This document shows positions 1 through 9,346 of a stretch of 64,000 nucleotides of DNA, one piece after another (positions within the stretch are counted from its first letter, which is position 1; each line of letters begins with the position of its first letter). Made by a program: the position numbers and the translations under genes. Source of the stretch: an uncultured delta proteobacterium. Its GTDB lineage: Bacteria > Desulfobacterota > Syntrophia > Syntrophales > UBA2185. The stretch is taken from assembly GCA_963729715.1 (NCBI GenBank), contig CAVSPA010000003.1, positions 256,001 to 320,000 on the forward strand, in the 5' to 3' direction. A model generated the notes under the pieces. It was given only the letters and a program-made list of their open reading frames with translations, was not told the origin of the DNA and did not search any database.

Positions 1-265
1 AGTTTTTGCCGTGGGGTTCATGCCCGGGTTTCCCTATTTGGGAATCCTCGATCAGAGGCTGTATGTGCCGAGGCTGGAGACGCCTCGCTTAAGAGTTCCC
101 GAGGGCTCCGTGGGCCTTGCTCAGCTTCAGACAGGAATATATCCCTTTGAGTCGCCGGCGGGGTGGAGAATAATAGGAAGGACGAAGCAGAAGCTCTTCG
201 ATTACAATAAAGAGCCTTACAGCATCTTCCGGATTGGTGACAAAGTGAGATTCATACGCGCATGA
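1..265 (+). CDS. pxpB: 5-oxoprolinase subunit B (PxpB/KipI family), C-terminal part; runs off the window start
   Basis: Motifs GFMPGFPYLG, PRLETPRLRVPEGSVG, QTGIYPFESPAGWRIIGRT; overlaps the PxpC gene (ATGA). Confidence 0.85.
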   Translation, partial: VFAVGFMPGFPYLGILDQRLYVPRLETPRLRVPEGSVGLAQLQTGIYPFESPAGWRIIGRTKQKLFDYNKEPYSIFRIGDKVRFIRA

Positions 266-1200
266 TCGAGATCATTCATCCCGGAATCATGGCCATTGTC
301 GTTGACGGAGGCAGGTTTGGATACAGGGAAGTGGGCATACCGACTTCGCCTGCCTTGGACCTGTATGCGTTCGGTGCTCTTAATAATCTCCTCGGCAACA
401 AAGGCAATGCCCCGGCCATAGAGGTATTCGGCGAAAAATTTTCTCTGCGATTCGGCAAGGATGTCTGTTGCGCCATTACGGGAGCAAAGGTGAGAGCCAG
501 CCTTGAGGGCAGGCCTTTGCAATCATGGATGTCTTTTACGGCAAGGGCCGGGGAGGTATTGACGGTAGACGAGGTCAGGGAGGGGTTCAGATATTATGTC
601 GGATTTTCCGGTGCTCCCGTTCTCGAGAAAATCATTGGAAGCTATACGACCAATCTCGAGTGCCGGTTCGGCGGTTACCGGGGACGGGCTCTTCAGAAAG
701 GCGACCGCGTTGATTTAGAGGACATCAGGATGGTAGATGTTAAGCGCATTGCCGAAGAGTTTGTGCCGTCCATGATGCCGCGGCATACGCTGAGAGTAGT
801 GGAAGGCCCTGAAAGCAATTATTTCACTGACGAATCCCTGGCGGAATTCCTGGGCGGCAGGGGAAGGACGGCTTTCACGGTCTCCATGAAGATGAACAGG
901 ACCGGTATCCGGCTCGACGGCAAACCCCTCGCATTCAGAGCGGATGCGGAAGAAAGCATCATATCAGAGGGATTGCTCCCCGGCAGCATCCAGGTTCCGG
1001 GAGACGGCCTGCCCATCATACAGCTCCATGAACGCACCCTCGGGGGATATGCGAGGCCGGCCCTGATAGCCAAAGTGGACCACGACCTTCTTGCCCACCT
1101 GAAGCCGGGCGACTCCGTGATCTTCGAAATGATAGGAATGGAGGAGGCGGAGCGCCTCTTCGATAGGAAAATAGAAATCGTAGCATCAATTAAGAACTGA
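262..1200 (+). CDS. pxpC: 5-oxoprolinase subunit C (PxpC/KipA family)
   Basis: DGGRFGYR, FGGYRGRALQKGD, NRTGIRL, GSIQVPGDGLPII, TLGGY motifs. Confidence 0.85.
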   Translation: MIEIIHPGIMAIVVDGGRFGYREVGIPTSPALDLYAFGALNNLLGNKGNAPAIEVFGEKFSLRFGKDVCCAITGAKVRASLEGRPLQSWMSFTARAGEVLTVDEVREGFRYYVGFSGAPVLEKIIGSYTTNLECRFGGYRGRALQKGDRVDLEDIRMVDVKRIAEEFVPSMMPRHTLRVVEGPESNYFTDESLAEFLGGRGRTAFTVSMKMNRTGIRLDGKPLAFRADAEESIISEGLLPGSIQVPGDGLPIIQLHERTLGGYARPALIAKVDHDLLAHLKPGDSVIFEMIGMEEAERLFDRKIEIVASIKN

Positions 1201-1214
1201 TATAGGAGGCAGCC

Positions 1215-2474
1215 ATGTGGAAATTTCTGAGGATTTTTTTTGTGGCAATCATGGTCTTATCGTTCACCTCTCTCGCAAGCGCGCAGAATGAGATCCGGAT
1301 CGGGGTTATCTTTCCCCTGACAGGGCCTCTGGCAACCACGGGACAGGGTCTGTTAAAAGGTGCCGAGTTGGCAGCCGACATCATCAATAACAAATATAAT
1401 CTGAACATGCCGCTGGCAAAAACTGCAGGACTGCCGAATCTTAAAGGCGCCAAGATAAAGATTATCCCAGGCGACCATCAGGGCAAGCCGGAAGTCGGCA
1501 TGGCGGAGGCGGAGCGTCTCATCACGCAGGAGAAGGTCGTTGCCATCATCGGCTGCTATAACAGCGCGGTCACGGCCACTGCCGCTCAGGCCGCGGAACG
1601 TTATGGCATTCCCTTTCTAAACGACAGCTCCTCATCACCCAGTCTGACTGACAAGGGCTTCAAGTGGTTCTTCAGGACGACGCCGCACGATGATATGTTC
1701 AGCGAAAACTTCTTCATCTTTCTCAACGATCTGAAGAAGAAGAAGAAAATTACCGTGGGGCCAATTGCACTCCTTTATGAAAACACACTGTTCGGCGCGG
1801 ACTCCCGCAAATACCAGGAAATGTATGCAAAGAAGTACGGGTACCAAATCAGCGGCGCCGTGCCTTATCCCGCCAAGAGTACCCAGTTGACGTCGGAGAT
1901 TCAGAAACTCCGCAGCTATAATCCGTCCATTATCATGCAGACGTCGTACACTGCGGACGCCATCCTGTCCATGAAGACATATAAGGAACTAAATTTCGCG
2001 CCTACAGCACTGATCGCGAACAATGCGGGTTTCAATGACCCTGATTTGATCAAGTCCCTTGGAAAGGATGCAGACTACATCCTGAGCAGAGAAGTGTGGG
2101 CGAAGGATCTTTCCGCGAAAAAGCCGATGATCAAGACGGTCGCCGACATGTTTGAAAAAATAGCCGGAAAGCCCATGTCGGGCGACTACGCCCGTTCGTT
2201 TACGGGTATGATCGTTCTCGCGGATGCCATCAACCGCGCAAAATCCACGGAGCCCGCGAAAATCCAGAAGGCACTCCTGGAGACGAACATCAAGGCCGAC
2301 CAGTTGATCATGCCGTGGGACGGTGTCAAATTCAACCCGAAGACCCACCAGAACGTACTTGGCAAAGGGATCATTGTTCAGATACAGAAGGGTGAGCGCT
2401 ACACTGTATGGCCCTTCAATTTGGCCACGAAGGATGTGATCTGGCCTTTCCCGAAATGGGAGGGCAGGAAGTAA
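1215..2474 (+). CDS. Branched-chain amino acid (LIV-type) ABC transporter substrate-binding protein
   Basis: Signal peptide, IRIGVIFPLTG, EAERLITQEKVVAIIG; RBS AGGAGG; heads a livHMGF-like set. Confidence 0.9.
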   Translation: MWKFLRIFFVAIMVLSFTSLASAQNEIRIGVIFPLTGPLATTGQGLLKGAELAADIINNKYNLNMPLAKTAGLPNLKGAKIKIIPGDHQGKPEVGMAEAERLITQEKVVAIIGCYNSAVTATAAQAAERYGIPFLNDSSSSPSLTDKGFKWFFRTTPHDDMFSENFFIFLNDLKKKKKITVGPIALLYENTLFGADSRKYQEMYAKKYGYQISGAVPYPAKSTQLTSEIQKLRSYNPSIIMQTSYTADAILSMKTYKELNFAPTALIANNAGFNDPDLIKSLGKDADYILSREVWAKDLSAKKPMIKTVADMFEKIAGKPMSGDYARSFTGMIVLADAINRAKSTEPAKIQKALLETNIKADQLIMPWDGVKFNPKTHQNVLGKGIIVQIQKGERYTVWPFNLATKDVIWPFPKWEGRK

Positions 2475-2542
2475 CATCTCATCCACCCGGGTTTCATGCT
2501 TTAGGTGCAGGCAAAGAAGATAACGTAAAGTAGGATACATCC

Positions 2543-3406
2543 ATGGAAGGCGTCTTTACGCAAACCCTGGTGAGCGGCATCCTGATCGGTTTCGTTTATG
2601 CACTGATCGCCGTTGGTCTCACCATGATTTTTGGGATGATGGATATCGTCAATTTTGCCCATGGCGAATACCTCATGGTTGCTATGTATTTCGCTTACTG
2701 GTTTTTTGTTCTCTTCGGTATGGATCCCCTATACTCCCTTCCCTGGGTGACGGTTCTGCTGTTCCTTCTGGGAGTCGTCACCTACTACGTCTTCATCAGG
2801 CCGATCATCAACGCCCCCATGCTTTCCCAGATATTCGTAACCTTCGGCATTCTGATTCTTCTGAGAGGCGTGGCCCAGTATTTGTGGAATGGAGACTACC
2901 GCATGATCCCCCAGACGTTGACAAGCGGCAATGTCAGTATCTTCGGCGTCTATGTCGGTGTCTCGCAGCTTGTCGCAGCAGCGGGCGCAATCATCTGCAA
3001 CGGTCTTATCTTCTGGTTTCTTAAATCTACCAAGGTAGGCATGGCCCTGGAGGCGGTTTCCGAAGACAAGGAAGCGGCAAGACTCATGGGGATCAACAGT
3101 GACCGGATGTTTGCCCTTGCTTGGGGCATCGGCATCGCCACGGTCGGCGTGGCCGGCGGCTTGCTTTCGAGTTTCTATTATGTGTTTCCGGAAGTAGGCT
3201 CCAATTTTTGTCTTATAGCTTTTGTTGTTGTCGCTCTCGGCGGCTTCGGCAGTGTGCCGGGGGCGTTTATCGCGGGGATCATCGTCGGGCTGGTTGAGGT
3301 GCTCTCCGGCTATCTCATTGCGCCTTCTCTGAAGTTTATGTTCGTCCTGCTCTTGTACCTGGGCGTGGTCTTCATCAGGCCCCAGGGATTCATGGGAAGG
3401 AAATGA
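2543..3406 (+). CDS. livH: LIV-type ABC permease (LivH-like)
   Basis: YALIAVGLTMIFG..VNFAHGE; multiple TM segments. Confidence 0.85.
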   Translation: MEGVFTQTLVSGILIGFVYALIAVGLTMIFGMMDIVNFAHGEYLMVAMYFAYWFFVLFGMDPLYSLPWVTVLLFLLGVVTYYVFIRPIINAPMLSQIFVTFGILILLRGVAQYLWNGDYRMIPQTLTSGNVSIFGVYVGVSQLVAAAGAIICNGLIFWFLKSTKVGMALEAVSEDKEAARLMGINSDRMFALAWGIGIATVGVAGGLLSSFYYVFPEVGSNFCLIAFVVVALGGFGSVPGAFIAGIIVGLVEVLSGYLIAPSLKFMFVLLLYLGVVFIRPQGFMGRK

Positions 3407-3413
3407 TGCGGTC

Positions 3414-4358
3414 ATGAAAAAGGGTCTGTTCGTATTCATATTGTTCATGTGCGCTCTCGCGGCGGTCCCGCTGTTTTTGAGCGACCCATTTATGTGCCAT
3501 ATCCTCATCATGATCATGATGTACGCCACCATGAGCATCGGCTGGAACATCATTGGCGGATATGCGGGCCAGGTCTCGTTCGGCAATGCCGCATTTTTTG
3601 GTGTAGGAGCTTATACGACGGCTATCCTCCTCGTGAACTTCAGCGTCAACCCCTGGCTGGGAATGCTGGCCGGCTGCGTCATTTCCGTAGGTCTCGCCGT
3701 GGTCGTCGGATACCCGTGTTTCCGTTTGCGGGGGCATTACTTTGCTATCGCCACCATTGCAGTGGGCGAAATCATGGTGGTGATCTTTACAAACTGGGAC
3801 TACGTCGGCGCCGCAGTGGGCATCTACATGCCCATCCTCGAGGAGTCGTTTACGAACTTTGAATTCCACTCTTCGAAGATTCCATACTACTATATAATCC
3901 TCTGCATGCTGCTGTTTGCCATCGCCGTTTCTTATGTCCTCGAGCAAAGCAGGCTGGGTTACTATCTCCGGGCAATCAAGGATGATCCTGACGGGGCGCG
4001 GAGTCTCGGGATCGATATACAGAAATGCAAAATGATCGCCTTCTCCATCTCGGCCGTATTAACCTCCATATGCGGGACGTTCTACGGCCAGTACGTGTTA
4101 TATATCGATCCGTCGAGCACGATGGACCTCATGATGTCGATCCATCTATGTATCATCGCGCTGATCGGCGGCATCGGAAAACTCTTCGGGCCCGTTATCG
4201 GGGCCTTCGTGTTCATCCCTCTCATGGAGCTAACCAGGGTGTATCTCGGAAGTGAAGGGCAGGGAATCGATATGATCATCTACTCCCTCCTAGTCATTAT
4301 GATCGCCATCTGGCGGCCGCAGGGGCTCTGGGCATTGTTTTCAAGAGGTGAGAAATGA
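3414..4358 (+). CDS. livM: LIV-type ABC permease (LivM-like)
   Basis: WNIIGGYAGQVSFGNAAFFG, RLRGHYFAIAT. Confidence 0.85.
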   Translation: MKKGLFVFILFMCALAAVPLFLSDPFMCHILIMIMMYATMSIGWNIIGGYAGQVSFGNAAFFGVGAYTTAILLVNFSVNPWLGMLAGCVISVGLAVVVGYPCFRLRGHYFAIATIAVGEIMVVIFTNWDYVGAAVGIYMPILEESFTNFEFHSSKIPYYYIILCMLLFAIAVSYVLEQSRLGYYLRAIKDDPDGARSLGIDIQKCKMIAFSISAVLTSICGTFYGQYVLYIDPSSTMDLMMSIHLCIIALIGGIGKLFGPVIGAFVFIPLMELTRVYLGSEGQGIDMIIYSLLVIMIAIWRPQGLWALFSRGEK

Positions 4359-5110
4359 GTTCCGAGATCCTCGTAGTTGACAATGTGACCAAACGCTTCG
4401 GCGGGCTTACGGCCAATGCGAATATTTCCTTCTCCATGAAGGAAGGGGAGATCATCGGTCTCATCGGACCTAACGGGGCGGGGAAATCCACGCTCTTTAA
4501 TTGTATATCCTGTTTTTACAACGCCGACGGCGGGAGAATCGTCTTCAAGGGACAGGAGATTACGCGCAAAGACCCGGAAACGATCTGCAGGATGGGTATC
4601 GGCCGGACATTTCAGATCGTCCGGATCTTCAAGGACATGAACGTGCTGGAAAATATCATGATCGGGGCATTCCTGAGATGTCCGAGACGAAAGGATGCGC
4701 AGGCCCGGTCGGAGGAAGTGGCGGGCATTTTCCGGTTCACGGACAAATTATATTTGAAAGTGACTTCTCTTACTATTTCTGAACAGAAAAGATTGGAGGT
4801 CGCCAGGGTCTTCGCAACAGAACCGAAAGTCATGCTGCTCGACGAAATGATGGCGGGCTTGAATATACATGAGATCAAAGAATCGGTTGAGCTTGTCCTG
4901 CGGCTCCGGGAGATGGGCATATCGCTTGTTCTTGTCGAACATGTGATGGAAGGCATCATGCCGATTGCAAATCGCATGGTGGTTCTGGACTACGGGGAGA
5001 AAATAGCAGAAGGAACCCCCGATGAGGTCGTTAACAACGCGAAGGTGATTGAGGCTTATTTCGGAAAAAAATATGCTGAACGTAGAGAAAATAAAACTCG
5101 GATACAATAA
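4355..5110 (+). CDS. livG: LIV-type ABC ATPase (LivG-like)
   Basis: Walker A GPNGAGKST, GIGRTFQ, LLDE, VEH. Confidence 0.9.
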   Translation: MSSEILVVDNVTKRFGGLTANANISFSMKEGEIIGLIGPNGAGKSTLFNCISCFYNADGGRIVFKGQEITRKDPETICRMGIGRTFQIVRIFKDMNVLENIMIGAFLRCPRRKDAQARSEEVAGIFRFTDKLYLKVTSLTISEQKRLEVARVFATEPKVMLLDEMMAGLNIHEIKESVELVLRLREMGISLVLVEHVMEGIMPIANRMVVLDYGEKIAEGTPDEVVNNAKVIEAYFGKKYAERRENKTRIQ

Positions 5111-5777
5111 TATCCCTGTGATTCATGACGTTTCTTTCCGCATAGAGAAAAGCGAAATAGTATCTCTCATCGGCGGCAATGGAAACGGGAAATCGACCAT
5201 ATTGAAGGGTCTCAGCGGCATCATGCACCCTTCATCAGGAAATATTATCTTCAATGGCCAGGACATCACAACGGCTGAGGCCCACAAGGTTGTAGCTTTG
5301 GGCATGTCCCACGTGCCGGAAGGGAGGCGGCTCTTCCCCAGCTTGAGCGTATACAAGAATCTGCTCTTGGGTGCCTATCTTACGGATGACAAGAAAATTA
5401 TTGAAGATCGGCTGGAATACGTCTGCAGCATCTTCCCGATCTTGAAGGACAGGGGGCAGCAGAAGGCAGGCACCCTCTCCGGCGGTGAGCAGCAGATGGT
5501 GGCCATCGGTCGGGGCCTGATGAGTAAGCCCAGGCTCCTGATGCTTGACGAGCCGTCCTGGGGCATCGCACCGAAGCTTGTCGAAAAGATATTCTCGGTG
5601 ATTCAGGATATTCGGAAGGATGGTGTAACCATTCTCCTTGTCGAACAGGACGTTCAGGAAGCCCTGGATATCTCGGATCGGGCCTACGTAATCCAGACGG
5701 GCAGGGTCGCCCTCGAAGGAACAGGCAGAGAGCTGCTTTCCTCAGAACTCATACAGAAGTCATTCCTCGGCTTGTAA
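5073..5777 (+). CDS. livF: LIV-type ABC ATPase (LivF-like); start placed at ATG 5073
   Basis: GNGNGKST, VPEGRRLF, LSGGEQQM, LDEPS. Confidence 0.9.
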   Translation: MLNVEKIKLGYNNIPVIHDVSFRIEKSEIVSLIGGNGNGKSTILKGLSGIMHPSSGNIIFNGQDITTAEAHKVVALGMSHVPEGRRLFPSLSVYKNLLLGAYLTDDKKIIEDRLEYVCSIFPILKDRGQQKAGTLSGGEQQMVAIGRGLMSKPRLLMLDEPSWGIAPKLVEKIFSVIQDIRKDGVTILLVEQDVQEALDISDRAYVIQTGRVALEGTGRELLSSELIQKSFLGL

Positions 5778-5999
5778 TCCCAAAGACATTGTTGATGCGG
5801 GAAACGCAAAAGTCTGCTCCAGGCGCAGTTGTATAATTTGGCCTCTCGTACTGGTCTCTATTCCCTGTTCCTTTCTTCCTTGTTGCTTTTCTTATTTTGC
5901 CAATTCACACAACATTTCCCCTGTAAATAGAAGCCTAATAAGTTGATATTATTACACTCACCATTAAGGTATCGACAAGGCTATTTTCATTCTTTTTTG

Positions 6000-6015
6000 T
6001 GACGGCTGGCCGTCA
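6000..6015. promoter_or_regulatory. Perfect 7-2-7 palindrome upstream of the oxidoreductase operon, possible operator
   Basis: TGACGGC-TG-GCCGTCA in an AT-rich intergenic region. Confidence 0.3.
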
Positions 6016-6287
6016 TGAATGTTTCAATCGGAAATAATCAAAATACTGCTGAACTCTAACTTAACATGTGGTACATGTATCGGGGCAGGTCAGTGAGGAC
6101 ATCGTTGGAATAAGCACGTGATTTCCAGTTGAAATCTTCAACGGAAGTGTTTAGACTAAATGCAAGAATCTTTGCGGTGACGCTTGCCTTCCTACATCGT
6201 TTAACTGTATGTAATGGTACTGCCATTAATGATGAAAGCAGGGTATAAGAAATTACAAGTTGAGAACAGTTTAGTATTCGAGGCACC

Positions 6288-6527
6288 TTGGACGAGGGAA
6301 AATCGCACCTAAGAGACCTCTTGATTAATCGTCAATGGTGCAAGGGATGCGGCGTGTGCGTTGCTTTCTGCCCTAAGCGCGTCCTGTTGCTCGACGACAT
6401 GGGGAAAGCCGTTGTTGCGAGGGGTGAGGACTGTATTTGCTGCAGGCTCTGTGAATCTCGATGTCCCGATCTGGCCATAGAAATGCCGTTTATCCTCCAG
6501 TATGATTGGCGGGATGTTTCTCCTTGA
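6288..6527 (+). CDS. 2[4Fe-4S] ferredoxin, delta subunit of a 2-oxoacid:ferredoxin oxidoreductase
   Basis: Two CxxCxxCxxxCP motifs (CKGCGVCVAFCP; CICCRLCESRCP). Confidence 0.85.
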   Translation: MDEGKSHLRDLLINRQWCKGCGVCVAFCPKRVLLLDDMGKAVVARGEDCICCRLCESRCPDLAIEMPFILQYDWRDVSP

Positions 6528-6578
6528 TTTCTGGTGTCCGGATATGGCCATAAATCACAATCGAATAGGAAAGATGAC

Positions 6579-7727
6579 ATGAAAGGCAAAGTGAAGTTTG
6601 TACAGGGAAACGAGGCGTGTGTGGAAGGTGCCTTGTATGCGGGGCTTGATTTTTTCGCGGGTTATCCCATCACTCCTTCCACGGAGATTGCCGAACTTCT
6701 TGCTTTTCGGCTTCCTATGCGATGCGGCAAGTTCATACAGATGGAAGATGAAATCGCCTCGATGTGCGCCATTATCGGAGCCTCCCTTACGGGACGCAAA
6801 GTCATGACAGCCACAAGCGGTCCCGGCTTTTCGTTAATGCAGGAAGCGGTTGGCTACGCGATCATGGCGGAAATCCCTTGCGTGATCGTTAACGTGCAGC
6901 GAGGGGGGCCATCGACGGGAATCCCGACTCATGTCAGCCAGGGCGACGTGAATCAGACTCGCTGGGGGACGCACGGCGATCATTCCATTGTGGCCTTGAC
7001 TGCTTCAAACAACCAGGACGTTTTCGCGATGACCGTGGAGGCGTTTAATATCTCCGAGACCTACCGGACGCCGGTGGTGCTTTTGTTCGATGAAGTGGTA
7101 GGCCACATGCGTGAGCGCCTGGTTCTGCCAGAGGAAGGAGATATCCCCATAGTGGAACGTCTGAAAACGTCGGTGAAACAAGGGGTGGATTATCATCCCT
7201 ATCTGCCACGTGAAGATGGTCGGCTGCCCATGTCCGATTTCGGGGGCGTTCATCGATATAACGTGACAGGTCTATACCACGACATGTGGGGATTTCCATC
7301 AGATGATCCGGGTGTTGTGCACGGGCTCATCAGGCATTTGATGGACAAAATCGACAACAGAACCAACCAGCTTGTCAGGTTTAAGGATTTTTACACCGAG
7401 GATGCCGAATTCTTGCTCATCTCTTACGGTTCCGCAGCGCGTTCCGCCCGGCATATTGTGGAAAGACACCGCAGGCGTGGAGAAAAATACGGACTGTTGG
7501 AAATGCAGACCCTCTGGCCGTTTCCATACGATCTGGTAAGGCAGAAAGCCGCCGGGGCAAGATACATTGTTGTCGTGGAGATGAACTCAGGGCAAGTCTG
7601 TCAATCCGTCAGACTGGCAGTGGACCGTCCGGAGCGGGTCTCTTTGGCCAACAGAATTGACGGTGTTTTAATCAGCCCGACGGATATTCAAAGGATGCTG
7701 CATGTGATCGAGGGGAAGGGGGTTTAG
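6579..7727 (+). CDS. korA: 2-oxoacid (probably 2-oxoglutarate):ferredoxin oxidoreductase alpha subunit
   Basis: GYPITP, QMEDEIAS, TATSGPG, QRGGPSTG; start taken at MKGKVKF. Confidence 0.85.
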   Translation: MKGKVKFVQGNEACVEGALYAGLDFFAGYPITPSTEIAELLAFRLPMRCGKFIQMEDEIASMCAIIGASLTGRKVMTATSGPGFSLMQEAVGYAIMAEIPCVIVNVQRGGPSTGIPTHVSQGDVNQTRWGTHGDHSIVALTASNNQDVFAMTVEAFNISETYRTPVVLLFDEVVGHMRERLVLPEEGDIPIVERLKTSVKQGVDYHPYLPREDGRLPMSDFGGVHRYNVTGLYHDMWGFPSDDPGVVHGLIRHLMDKIDNRTNQLVRFKDFYTEDAEFLLISYGSAARSARHIVERHRRRGEKYGLLEMQTLWPFPYDLVRQKAAGARYIVVVEMNSGQVCQSVRLAVDRPERVSLANRIDGVLISPTDIQRMLHVIEGKGV

Positions 7728-7730
7728 GCA

Positions 7731-8534
7731 ATGGCGGTAAAAGATTACATTCGTGAACGATTCTTTCCTCACATCTGGTGCGCGGGTTGCGGGCATGGCA
7801 TTGTTTTGAACGGTTTGATACAAGCGATCGAGAAACTGCGGTTGAATAAAAACGACATCGTCATGGTGTCGGGCATTGGCTGTTCCTCACGAATTACTGG
7901 CTACCTTGATTTTCATACGATGCATACCCTGCACGGTCGCGCTCTGGCTTTCGCTACAGGGATTAAACTGAGCAGACCAGAATTGAAGCTAATTGTGCCC
8001 ATGGGCGACGGCGACGCCCTTGCCATTGGAGGCAATCATTTCATCCACGCCGCCCGGCGCAATATAGATATTACGGCCATTGTGATGAATAACCAGACCT
8101 ATGGGATGACCGGTGGTCAGTACTCCCCCTTATCCGGTTACGGAACCATGGCGAGCACCGCCCCTTACTCAAATATCGATCAGAGTTTTGATGTGGTCGA
8201 GTTAGCCGCCGCTGCCGGTGCGACTTTTGTGGCTCGGACCACCACATATCATGTGCAGGAGATGGTCGAAATGATCCAGGAGTCAATCGTGCATAAAGGA
8301 TTTTCTGTGGTGGAGATCATGTCCCCGTGCCCCACCTACTTTGGGCGCAGAAACCGGCAAGGCGACGCTGTGGACATGCTTAATTATATGAGTAAGACAA
8401 CAATCCCTGCCGATTCCATAGCTAAAGAGGATAATCCCAATCTAATTGAGCGTGGAATTTTTATTCGAAAAGAACTGCCCGAATATTGCTCCGCATATGA
8501 TACAATCATTCAACGTGCCAAGGAGGGGAAATGA
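7731..8534 (+). CDS. korB: 2-oxoacid:ferredoxin oxidoreductase beta subunit (TPP-binding)
   Basis: WCAGCG, SGIGCS, LHGRA, GDGD...NN, YGMTGGQ. Confidence 0.88.
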   Translation: MAVKDYIRERFFPHIWCAGCGHGIVLNGLIQAIEKLRLNKNDIVMVSGIGCSSRITGYLDFHTMHTLHGRALAFATGIKLSRPELKLIVPMGDGDALAIGGNHFIHAARRNIDITAIVMNNQTYGMTGGQYSPLSGYGTMASTAPYSNIDQSFDVVELAAAAGATFVARTTTYHVQEMVEMIQESIVHKGFSVVEIMSPCPTYFGRRNRQGDAVDMLNYMSKTTIPADSIAKEDNPNLIERGIFIRKELPEYCSAYDTIIQRAKEGK

Positions 8535-9082
8535 TGGTGGAGCGGACCAGATTTGTATTTTCCGGAGCAGGGGGCCAAGGGGTTGTTACAGCCGCCATCA
8601 TTTTGGCTGAGGCGGCTGTGCTCTTCGAGAATTTAAATGCGGTTCAAACCCAGGTCTACGGCGCTGCCGCGAGAGGTGGGGCGACTCGTTCCGAAGTTAT
8701 TATTTCCGACTCGGAGATATTCTTTCCAAAGGTCAACCAGCCAAACGTGCTGATTTGCCTCACCCAGGACGCGTACAACAAATTCTCTCGCGTTATCCGC
8801 CCCGGAGGGCTGCTGATCACGGATACACATTATGTTAAGACTGAGCGGACGGTCGATGCTATGCTCAAAGAGTTCCCCATGTATCAGACAGTGATTGACA
8901 AAATAGGAAATCAGATCGTGTTCAATATCTGTGTGCTTGGGGTTGTGATCGGCCTGACAGGGATTGTCCGGTCAGAATCTGTCATGAAGGTACTTGAAAA
9001 GCAGATCAGCCCAAGTTTTATCGAAATGAACCGTAAAGCCCTCGATTTGGGACTGAATCTATCGGAGGGAAAGAGAAAATAA
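8531..9082 (+). CDS. korC: 2-oxoacid:ferredoxin oxidoreductase gamma subunit
   Basis: GAGGQG, YGAAARGG motifs; coupled to the beta subunit. Confidence 0.85.
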   Translation: MMVERTRFVFSGAGGQGVVTAAIILAEAAVLFENLNAVQTQVYGAAARGGATRSEVIISDSEIFFPKVNQPNVLICLTQDAYNKFSRVIRPGGLLITDTHYVKTERTVDAMLKEFPMYQTVIDKIGNQIVFNICVLGVVIGLTGIVRSESVMKVLEKQISPSFIEMNRKALDLGLNLSEGKRK

Positions 9083-9114
9083 AGAACCACATTGAGCACT
9101 GTGATCTGATATCC

Positions 9115-9300
9115 CTACCAAACTGCAACAAAGCCATCCGTTCGCGATTCCGTTGCACCGGCCAGTACACCTTCACTGTTTCGCCAGATAATCTGCCCCG
9201 CCTGGGCTGCAAGCGGCTGCGAAGTTGCAACCATGCCTTTCCTGGCGAAAACCATGCTTCGCCGGGACGGATAAGGATGATACAAAGGGTCATATTGCAT
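9115..9300 (-). pseudogene. ggt: Gamma-glutamyltransferase remnant: N-terminus fused in frame to the extreme C-terminus
   Basis: MQYDPLYHPYPSRR...GMVATSQPLAAQAG (GGT N-terminus) joined directly to QIIWRNSEGVLAGATESRTDGFVAVW (GGT C-terminus). Confidence 0.8.
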
Positions 9301-9346
9301 TTTCTTCAATCCTTTATAGAAATTTTCTATACAGGCTTCCTGAGGC

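Noticed and set aside
2729..3586. Long antisense ORFs (also 14764-15657, 34040-34804, 44314-45168)
   Set aside because: They lie opposite well-supported genes and show no recognisable motifs
5073..5777. Gln in the H-loop position of LivF (VEQ)
   Set aside because: VEQ is normal for LivF-family ATPases
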